Below, piece by piece: positions 1-9,028 of a stretch of 20,000 nucleotides of DNA. The notes beneath the pieces are model-generated. The model searched no databases. It worked only from the letters and a program-made list of their open reading frames with translations, and was not told where the DNA came from. The first letter of the stretch is position 1. Each line of letters begins with the position of its first letter. Origin of the DNA: Welwitschia mirabilis (taxonomy: Eukaryota); assembly GCA_051453625.1 (NCBI GenBank), contig JBOZIK010000001.1, positions 20,606,425-20,626,424 of the forward strand, in the 5' to 3' direction. The position numbers and the translations under genes are program-made.

Positions 1-1558
1 GAAGTACTTACCAGGTGCTGGCCTCACATAGGGGTTGGTGGCCTTGTGTGTCTCCTTGTCAGTAGCCTCCTTTGGTTGCTTACTTGCTGCCCAGTCAGTT
101 TTTAACTTGTCATGATGGTTTGGAACAGCAGCCTGCATTTCTTGCTTTCCACTATTACCAATGGAGGGAATTTAATGAAATTCCTTCTAGAAGACTTAGC
201 TCTGTTTTCCTCCTGTAGTAGCATCTTTGCCTTCAAGGCCATGTTTTGGGTCTCAGACCCATTCAAGGGCGTCTGTGTGCCTATTTAGCCATGTCTCGCT
301 GGCCTTGATCCACTTAGATGCCTCGCTACTTGCTAACTCTTTGTCACCATCAAATTATTATGTTTTGCTAGTCTAAGACATTCACCAGTATACTCATGGA
401 CCAGCCTTTGGGGCTGAGTACACCTTTGGTATTGCTGGCACAAGTACTGTTCATAGTCAAGAGGAAGAAAGTGCTCCTGCAAACGTTCGTTTATTTTATA
501 CCATGTTTTTACTCGATCCTTTCTTTCCCTTATCCTATTCTCTTGTAATCTGTCCCACCAAGTAGAATCCCCTCTTTGCAACTGGTATGCTACCAGTTTC
601 ACCCTTTGCCCTCTTGGATTTAGGTATATTTGAAAATCGTTACAAATTTGCCTACTAGTTTATCAAATCCTCTATATGTACATCACCATTAAAGTTGGCA
701 ATATTGTCCTTAAGACAGAAGTCGTCTACCTCCCTGTTCCTCCTAGATCCATGAAATACCTTGCATATCCACTGTCGTTGTCATCTTCTCAATTGTCCAC
801 ATAGGCCTGCTGCCGACACATGCTTGTAGGAGCAGGTTTGGCAATAGGTTGGCTATGAGTGAGATCTTCAGTGAGCTCTCTATCGTCTTCTTGGTTCTTG
901 TTGGCATCAATCCTTCGAGCATTGAGTCTTGCATTGATCTACTCCAGACTTTGCTCGATTTTCTCAAATCTTTGATCAAACCTGTGCTCTAGGATTCTAA
1001 ATGCCGCCTTTTGGGCCTACATAGTCAACCAGATGGCTTGCATCTTTTGATCACTGTTCACGGAATGGTTGCCGCCAACTTTGTCATGACTCATCATCAA
1101 AGCATGCAAATCCTCATCTGATACCACCTGACATAGTGAGTTAGTGAAGGAAGGGTAGTTCATGACTAAACTCTGAGGGACAGAAGTTAGAGACTGAAAT
1201 CTGTAGAGTAGCTGGAATAATAGTGAATTGCATGATGGTGGCCATATGCCAAACAGTACCATAAGCACCAATAAAATCTACAAAATCTGAAATTACTGAA
1301 ATTATATAAAACACATCCTAGTTTGCTAAGGCGTAAAGTATGAGCTAAGTTAAAATAAGCTGAAGTCTTGGATCATTGATTTCGAAACAACTAAAATCTA
1401 CAGATTACATGGACCACGGCTTATGAAACTGTTGAAATCACAGACCAATGATTACGAAATGGCCTGGGCCACTCCTTCTGGGTTGAAAGTTATGGCTATT
1501 TTCAGTTAGGCTGCCCATTTAGGCTGTACGGGCTGCTTGTTTGGGCTTTTGATGATCA
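1..1558 (-). mobile_element. Degenerate Ty3/Gypsy (CRM-like) retrotransposon 5' portion: LTR (~1129-1558), PBS (1117-1126), gag pseudogene (~1-1075)
   Basis: Minus-strand peptides DFCLKDNIANFNGDVHIED, KLVAYQLQRGDSTWWDRLQENRIRERKDRVKTW..FLPLDYEQYLCQQYQRCTQ..VHEYT and TNPYVRPAPGKYF match the retrotransposon gag of centromeric chromoviruses, with frameshifts and stops. TCTGATACCA (reverse complement of the tRNA-iMet PBS) at 1117-1126 lies 2 nt from TG at 1129. The distal LTR boundary (TGATCA, 1558) is tentative. Confidence 0.85.
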
Positions 1559-2025
1559 GACATTCCACAAACTCCTTTACTATTCGCTGTATGCAAAGAG
1601 GGCATTAATGCATATTACTATTTATGCACTTTGTTATTGTATCTATACATTTGAAGCATGCGTTGCATGAAGATATAGATTATTGGACCTAAGAAATTGG
1701 TCTTTTCGTTCAAGCCCAACTACACAGCTTAGAACCCACCATAGAGGTTTGTTACATTTATTCAGTTTTGTGAGTGCTTCTGATTACATATTTATGAACA
1801 AGTTTGCATATATAATAACAAACTTGACATTAATTATTATGCATACATAAACAATGTGCTACATAAAGTGTTGGGTACAAATCATGGGATTATGGACACT
1901 GATGTAGAAAGAGTAATTATTTATTTTCTTCCAGTAATTGAGTGCTTATTTTTCTTCTGTTATCTAATGCCTTTTATTTGAGTCTCATAGCAATGCACGG
2001 TTTTCTATTCATTGTTTGTTTACAG

Positions 2026-2161
2026 CTGAGGCTCAACGTTTGTTATTGGAGGCTGGCTTTAAACATCTGAGGGAACAGGACAGATGGGATTTGGAACCTG
2101 GTGGGCGTTACTTTTTCACTCGCAACATGTCTTGCATAATAGCATTTGCTGTGGGAGAAAA
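2026..2161 (+). CDS. DNPEP: Aspartyl aminopeptidase (M18 family), internal exon A
   Basis: Acceptor tttacAG at 2024-2025, donor GTagg at 2162. Translates (A)EAQRLLLEAGFKHLREQDRWDLEPGGRYFFTRNMSCIIAFAVGE(K). The GGRYFFTRNMSC..AFAVGEK motif is typical of the plant plastid-type aspartyl aminopeptidase. Ends in phase 2, compatible with the next exon. Not present in the supplied ORF track. Confidence 0.93.
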
Positions 2162-2991
2162 GTAGGATGTTTGTCTTTGCTTGCAATGTTCCATTTTTCT
2201 GTTTTGTAATAATAAATTTTATTTGGTGATTCATTCAAGATTTTATAGTAGTATTTGCCTCTTGAATTTTGTCTTTTTGAGACACTTTCATAAATAACTG
2301 TTTATCAGTCAACTTTATTAGGATAACATAAATGTCTATTGATGCTTTGCAAGCTGCTAATTCTTTTTCTTTGACGTATAGATTATTAGAATTAATGATC
2401 TAGTGTAACAAAAAGTTTTCACATATGAATGCTTTGTGTAATTTCCAACTTTTATGTATATTAATGATTCCTAGTTTGAGACTGATTGGTAATCATCAAT
2501 TAAAGTAGTGATGTGCGTTTGCAGGTTGTGTAGTTGTTTTAGAAATGTTATAAAATTTCATTGTAATAATGTTTGTTTAACCCCTCTTTTCTCTTTAATT
2601 CCCTCGCGTTCTCTCTAGCCCGTTGGCTTCACGGGTTATACACTTGGATTGACGGGCACCCCTATACTTGGAGATTAGTTTTCTGCCCATGCTTCCCATC
2701 ACATCTACTATACCTTAAGCATGCGATAGCAAAAAAAAAAGAATGGAAAGAATATGATGTAACATTAAAGACACCAGATACACAATATGTTGCAAAGGTG
2801 TTGTCCTTATACTTGCATCAACCTGCGTTAAAGCACATGCAGGGAACAATGCAATGTTGAGTAAACAAGTCCATTTCAATGATGAAATGATAGAACTCTT
2901 TCCTGATCGAACTCCCAGCTCGAGAACGTAAGCAAATCGAATCAAAAGTACTCAGGCCAGACTTTGGGAGTTAACAGATTTTTCATGAAAT

Positions 2992-3152
2992 ATATTGGAA
3001 CGTTCGACTTCCAATCCCGAGACGTCCGACCCTGTAAGCGGCTCTTTATATTGGGACATTCGACTTCCAATCCTGGGACGTCTAACCCTGTAAGCAGCTC
3101 TTGATATTGGGACGTCCGACTTCCAATCCCGGGATGTCCGACCCTGTACACT
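2992..3152. repeat. 56-bp tandem repeat (about 2.9 visible units, truncated by gap)
   Basis: Units start at 2992, 3048 and 3104. Consensus ATATTGGGACGTTCGACTTCCAATCCCGGGACGTCCGACCCTGTAAGCRGCTCTTK, with an internal GGGACGTCCGAC-like sub-repeat twice per unit. Confidence 0.92.
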
Positions 3153-3255
3153 NNNNNNNNNNNNNNNNNNNNNNNNNNNNNNNNNNNNNNNNNNNNNNNN
3201 NNNNNNNNNNNNNNNNNNNNNNNNNNNNNNNNNNNNNNNNNNNNNNNNNNNNATT

Positions 3256-3290
3256 CCCCCCCCCCCCCCCCCCCTCCCCCCCCTCCCTCT
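3256..3290. repeat. Poly-C tract adjacent to assembly gap
   Basis: About 19 C, then T, C8, T, C3, directly after the 100-N gap. Confidence 0.9.
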
Positions 3291-3319
3291 AGGGTATTTT
3301 GTGATCCTAACATGCAAAT

Positions 3320-3545
3320 TGTAAGGTATTTACACAAAAATAAGAACCATGGCCTAAAAGAGTGGATTCTTTAAATGAATCTGTATGCCTACATAGATGC
3401 AAATGATGGAAGAGATCTCATAAGGAGGGGATCTTGTATAGGGTATGTCATATTTCTTGGAATAATATTATATTGTGGCAAAGTTGAAGATAAGATAGAC
3501 TCTTAAAATCAACTACAGAACCTGAATATAAAGCTTTGACTGATC
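3320..3545 (+). mobile_element. Ty1/Copia RT-RNase H junction remnant
   Basis: Translates VRYLHKNKNHGL..LYAYIDANDGRDLIRRGSCIGYVIFLG/NIILWQS*R*DRLLKSTTEPEYKAL. This resembles the Copia consensus LRYLKGT..HGL..L.AYSDADWAGD...RRSTSGY.VFLG.NLISW.SKKQ..VSRSSTEAEYRAL. Contains stops and a frameshift. Confidence 0.85.
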
Positions 3546-4799
3546 TACTGTTGTGATGAGCATTAGTGAATTCTGTTACCTTGGATTGTCATTCCTATAG
3601 TAAATCGATGATCACTTGCTACCTTTGTGACTTCATCACACACACTCTCTCTCTCGATCTATCTGTGGATGAGGATCATTTGATTACACAACTATTGCTT
3701 CCTATTATGGCGTTGGTTTTCTGTGCTTCATCTAAAAACACTGTAAGATATTGATCTATAATAACAAATTAGCACTTTGAGTTTTCAAGGACATGAATCC
3801 ATTTTTATGTTTTGTAACATGTAAGCATTGTGTTTGTGATTATGGTTGGATGCAAGAACCACGAGTTAACATCCATTGTTTCTTTGACTCCATGTACTAC
3901 AAGCCACACACCACATATACACCATACCAATATGTATGTTTAAGAAACTGGGATAACATGGTAATGAATGACTGTCTAGACCATCCTTGGTTCCCCTTTA
4001 CTTGTGCACGCTAGTGCTCGAGCACGACTTTGGAAGGTTCACTAACCCTCCACAAAGGTCACCTTATTTCTAATACCATATAATGTAACACAAATCTAGA
4101 GAAGGAAAAAACAAGGAAAGTTATAGGAAAATGGCATGTCAATGATTTTTCACTATCTATGAACAGAGATCACAAGGTAAGACCAATTACAAGCTAGGCC
4201 CAACACCTCAAGCTGGGATTTCCAAACTATACTTGCTTATGCTGAGAACAATCATTCTTCTTCCCACACATTCATGGTAAACCCTAAAGCGTGTTGATCA
4301 AACTGAAATTTTATTATGTTCGTAGACCCTAAGGATCTATTGGACAGTTGAAATGCACCTGGGATGGGATTTGAAAACACTATCAAGGAAGTTACCAAAT
4401 GTTGTTGGTACAATTTGGAACAAATCAATTAGATCAGTAATTGTAATATGTCATTTGTGTCTTATGTGCTCAACTGTAGGAGATTGTAGGGTTACAAACC
4501 CTAGAAACCTAAATTTATTTTGCTACATGTCTTTAAATGCCCTTTAAAATAAAACACCCTAGCAACCAAAAGTGACTTTTTTAAAAGCTCACTTTTGTAG
4601 CATGCAAGGGGCCACAACTTTAGAAGAGATAATAAGAACATAAAAGTATAGTTTTGGCTTTAACCATCTCCCACTATCCAAAATAGAATAATGAAAATCC
4701 ATATTGGACGCAGTCATCACTCTAAAAGCCCAGCTCCATAGTTTATAAACATGGATTCAAGCATGCAAAGGACAATTGGGTTGGCATCCTCACGCGAGA

Positions 4800-5750
4800 A
4801 GAATCTCTTATGATAACTTCCATCTAGACCAAGCCTCTCCAAGCCAAGAAAAACACATAAGACAACATCAGCTTAGTGCCTGCAAACACCATCTTATAAA
4901 GGCCTATGTATGTGGTCTTGTACATTGTTAGCAAATTGAAGTGACTTATAGGGTAGAAACAATACCAACACAATTGAACATACAAAAGGAAAAATTTTTA
5001 CACTCCCACTTGCTCTTTCTAATAGCCTTGGGTGGAAAGCCATAACCTAGTGTTAAAACAAAATAGACTATTCCTTCATATAGCCATCTAGTCTAGAGCA
5101 TTTGACTTTGGAGGCAACATCATCATGTTTTAGTTCAACATAGTCTTTTTTTATGTGCTCATTCTTGTAATTGTGTTGAAATGTCAATCTGTTTTTGACA
5201 TATGCAAGCTCATCACCTAACAAATTAACCAAGTTAGTTGAATGTTCAAGGTCTTTATCTAAAATAACAACCTGAGCTTGTCAAAATGTAGATTGCACAT
5301 GCTTTTGCTAGTCTGACTTACCACCAAATCAACCCAATACTTAAGCAATAAACTCAAAAATACTGTAGCTTTATCTTCACTACTCATCTTCCCCCCAGCT
5401 GCGACCATTTGAGAGATGATGTGTCAAAGTGCTAAAGAGAAACAATTTCATGGATTCATACACCTATGGTCTTAAGCTGTGAAGTCTTTGATGCAAGAAG
5501 ACACAGTTAGGCATTGTAATTGCTTAGTCGAGCATTTCCAATCTTACCACAAATCGGTCATCCAGACAATGTGGAAGAGTTGCCAAAGCTTTCTGATCAT
5601 TATGTTTTAGTTGTCAGTGGTGACAAAAGGAAGTCCTAGAGTTGGCCCCTATATAAGCAACTTGAGATCGCGTTCATACAACAACTCATCAACCTTGATC
5701 TTGCATAGCTTATAATTGCTATTGTCAAATTTGTGTATCAGAACACGCCC
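4800..5750 (-). mobile_element. Degenerate Ty1/Copia gag (and probable protease-region) remnant
   Basis: Minus-strand pieces VLIHKFDNSNYKLCKIKVDEL, DQKALATLPHCLDDRFV, MPNCVFLHQRLHSLR and GKMSSEDKATVFLSLLLKYWVDLVVS follow the order of Copia gag motifs (IEKFDGSNF.LWK.KM, D.KA..TI.LCL.D, N..FL..RL..LRM, EDKA..LL.SLP.SW..LV.S). The core is ~5310-5745. The left extension is weaker. Confidence 0.75.
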
Positions 5751-5842
5751 TCCCCATTATGCACACGAGCTCGCACTGAAGCAATATGCCATGAGATTCA
5801 CACCTTTAGATATCCTTATGACAAAACTCGCCTTGAAACAAA

Positions 5843-5908
5843 GAAGGGGGGAGAGAGAGGTAGCAAGCTAGAGAGGTAGAGAGAGAGGGAGGGAAGAGGG
5901 GAGAGAGA
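5843..5908. repeat. GA-rich low-complexity/microsatellite tract bordering a gap
   Basis: Near-pure polypurine tract gaaggggggagagagagg...gagagagggagggaagaggggagagaga running into Ns. Confidence 0.85.
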
Positions 5909-6959
5909 NNNNNNNNNNNNNNNNNNNNNNNNNNNNNNNNNNNNNNNNNNNNNNNNNNNNNNNNNNNNNNNNNNNNNNNNNNNNNNNNNNNNNNNNNNNN
6001 NNNNNNNNNNNNNNNNNNNNNNNNNNNNNNNNNNNNNNCAAACAAAATGACAAAGCTAATTTGCAAAAAATGAAATTCCACATCTGAGGCCATGAGGCAC
6101 TTTCTCATTAGCTTTTGCATCATATCTATACATAACAAATTTTCTAAAAGTGGCCCAATTTCCTTGCCCAACTCTTGATCTCTCTCATGATCCACTAAAC
6201 AAGGGATCATGAAGCTAATGCCTACTACAAGTCTGACTTAATCCTTTTAGTTTGGCACCCTTGTAAACTTTTATTCAAATTAGTTGAATGAATGCACTAT
6301 TCAATTTCATGCCATCCATTCAACTATTACAAACATAACTTATATGTGGTAAGTATTTCCAACATACCCCTCCTTAATGTTATGCCCCTAATGACAATGA
6401 AAGGCTAACATTACAAATTAAGATTTAAGTTTATTACTTTCACCTACCCTCACTAAAACATTAAACTCACTGACTCATTAGCCAACACACCCTAAGGCAC
6501 TAAGCCAAATACAAAAGCCACTAACGCAAACCGCTAAGGTAGACACATAGCCAATACATAAAATAAGTTGGTGAAATGGGTAGATAATAAGAATATATTT
6601 AATAAGGAAGGGGTAATCAGTGCTTTTATAAAAGTAAAGGTAACTAAGATCCGGAAGGAATGTATGATCACAAAAAAGCTAGTATTGTATCCACCAAAGA
6701 GGAAGTGGAAACAGAATAGGAGGGCCGCAAAGAGCATCCATGCCAGAAATTGCTTTCCTATATTGCGATGCAACAGGAAATCTGTCAGTGATGCCCAACA
6801 GAATTGCGTGACTGCTATTTTGCTCTAGATAGATGATGGATACATTCACCACAGACGTTCAGAGTCCCCATCAGAAAAGCCCACAATGCAACTGTCTGAT
6901 GAATGTCCAAAAGCCACACACCCTCAACACCATTGGCCGAAAGATTCCTTAAACGTTCC

Positions 6960-9028
6960 TGATGTGACCCCATAGTTTTATTTTATATTTTGCTATTTAA
7001 CATATTTCCCTGCTTTTCCTTTAGTCCCACATTACTTAGGAATTTCTGTTAAAAGGACTTATGTCTTATAAATAAGTGGCTTATGTATTGTTTTAAAGAC
7101 ATTGAATAAAGACTTGAATTCTTATATTTGGAGGATAATCACCCTCGAAGTGATTCTTGGAGGCTAATCACCCTCGAAGTGATTAAATGGGGGCCTGACT
7201 CCCTCAAAGTGGTCACTCTACTTTCAATTCCTATGTTACGTTTTGCATAGTTACAACCGGGTTCGTAACATTTGGTATTAGAGCTATGGCTTTGTTAACG
7301 TGCACACAAAGGAAAAGATGTATGATGAGCTGAAGATTATATTAGAAGGACATAAGCGACAAATTCAAGAGATGAGGGCATATACCACTACCGCCATTGA
7401 GGATTTGAAAAAGATGATTATTGGATTAAGTCTTCAAGTGGGTCACTCGACATCCCAGTCTGAAGAATCTGCCATGGGTCATTCGACATACCAAAAGAGC
7501 AGAGAAGAATCAACTGCAAAAGTTATGGTCAATATAACAAGCAAAGAAGAACAACTCGAGTCCATCTTGAACTTGTGTACAACTGAGAGTTCTGAATCAC
7601 CAAAGAGGGAGACTAAAGAATTGGATTCACCTAAAGATGCTGAAGATTTTGAGCTGCAAAAGAGAGAAATTCAAAATTTGAAGTCGTAAAAGAAAGACGT
7701 TCAAGATTTACAATCCCAAAAGACATAAACTGAAGGTTTGGAGATGAAGAAAAAGAGTTTAAGACTAACAAGGATCTTGAAATAGTGAAGCCTTGTGAAA
7801 AGGAAAGAGGACAAGATGCAATAGGATGTGGTCTTGATCTTCCAAATTGGGCTGCGAATGCTTAAGCAAGAATTGTAGAGAACATCAAAATGACCATACA
7901 ATTCAGGGTAAATGATGAAGGACACCCATACAATGGCTGGAATAGAAGTGTTATGAGGGTGGTAAAATGCATTGTAGTGTTGAATGTATTTTTTTGGTCA
8001 AATATTTGATCCTCACCTATAAATACTCTTTGATTTATATAATAAAGATACAGATGACATAAAGCTTCTGATAAGGTTAGAATTGAAGGCACATGAAAAT
8101 ACCTTTACAAGCTTAAAGAAGAAGTTTCAGATTAACAACCTTAAGGACATGGTTGTTTTGAAAGGGGGTGGAATGATGTGACCCATANNNNNNNNNNNNN
8201 NNNNNNNNNNNNNNNNNNNNNNNNNNNNNNNNNNNNNNNNNNNNNNNNNNNNNNNNNNNNNNNNNNNNNNNNNNNNNNNNNNNNNNNCACAAACTGAAGG
8301 TTTGCAGATGGAGAAGAAAGAGTTCGAGACTGACAAGGATCTTGAAATAGTAAAGCCTTGTGAAGAGGAAAGTGAATAGGATGCAATAGGATGTGATCTT
8401 GATCTTTCGGATTCGGCTGCAAATGCTCAAGCAAGAATTATAGAGAACATCAGAATGAATGATGCAGAGCACTCATACAATGGTTGGAATAGAAGTGTTA
8501 TGTGGGTGATAAAGAACACTATGGNNNNNNNNNNNNNNNNNNNNNNNNNNNNNNNNNNNNNNNNNNNNNNNNNNNNNNNNNNNNNNNNNNNNNNNNNNNN
8601 NNNNNNNNNNNNNNNNNNGGGTTGGAATTGAAGGCATCTGAGAATACCTTTACAAGCTCAAAGAAGAAGTTCCAGATTGACAACCTTGAGGACAAGTTTG
8701 TTTTGAAGGGGGGTGGAATGATGTGACCCCATAGTTTTATTTTATATTTGCTATTTAACATATTTCCATGCTTTTCCTTTAGTCCCACATTGCTTAGGAA
8801 TTTCTGTTAAAAGGATTTATGTCCTATAAATAAGTGGCTTATGTACTGTTTTAAAGGCATTGAATAAAGACTTGAATTCTTATATTTGGAGGCTAATCAC
8901 TCTCGAAGTGATTATTGAAGGCTAATCACCCTCGAAGTGATTAAATGGAGGCCTGACCCCCTCGAAGGGGTCACTCTACTTTCAATTCCTATGTTATGTT
9001 TTGCACAGTTACAACCAGGTTCGTAACA
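6960..9028 (+). mobile_element. Non-autonomous LTR retrotransposon derived from a Gypsy chromovirus (Reina-like); both ends intact, TSD GTTCC
   Basis: LTRs 6960-7270 and 8719-9028 (TG...CA, ~311 bp; about 17 substitutions and 1 indel by manual count). PBS TGGTATTAGAGC at 7273-7284, PPT at 8705-8718, 5-bp TSD GTTCC at 6955-6959 and 9029-9033. A gag-N-terminal-like coiled-coil ORF follows the PBS, and a pol-C-terminal-like NLEDKFVLKGGGM overlaps the PPT. No RT or integrase core is visible. Confidence 0.93.
7286..7689 (+). pseudogene. Gag N-terminal-like ORF remnant of the nested LTR element
   Basis: ATG at 7286, right after the PBS, is out of frame with the 129-aa ORF 7300-7689 (KEKMYDELKIILEGHKRQIQEMRAYTTTAIEDLKKMIIGLSLQV, then an E/K/S-rich tail). 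Position and heptad character fit a chromovirus gag start. Confidence 0.6.

Noticed and set aside
2616..2640. CCCGT-N7-ACGGG hairpin next to CTAG as a Helitron 3' end
   Set aside because: CTAG directly abuts the stem instead of lying about 10 nt away, and no matching 5' TC end or A/T target could be identified.
2992..3152. Regularly spaced repeats resembling a CRISPR array
   Set aside because: Units are contiguous near-identical 56-mers with no unique spacers, in a eukaryotic intron with no cas genes.
2942..3337. Gly-rich ORFs, and other ORFs that cross N runs (5806-6210, 8113-8472, 8519-8788)
   Set aside because: They are open only because of Ns, poly-C and repeats.
7130..7215. Palindromic ~30-bp repeats as a mini-CRISPR or miRNA precursor
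   Set aside because: They are part of both LTRs, have no spacers, and the stems are only 6-7 bp.
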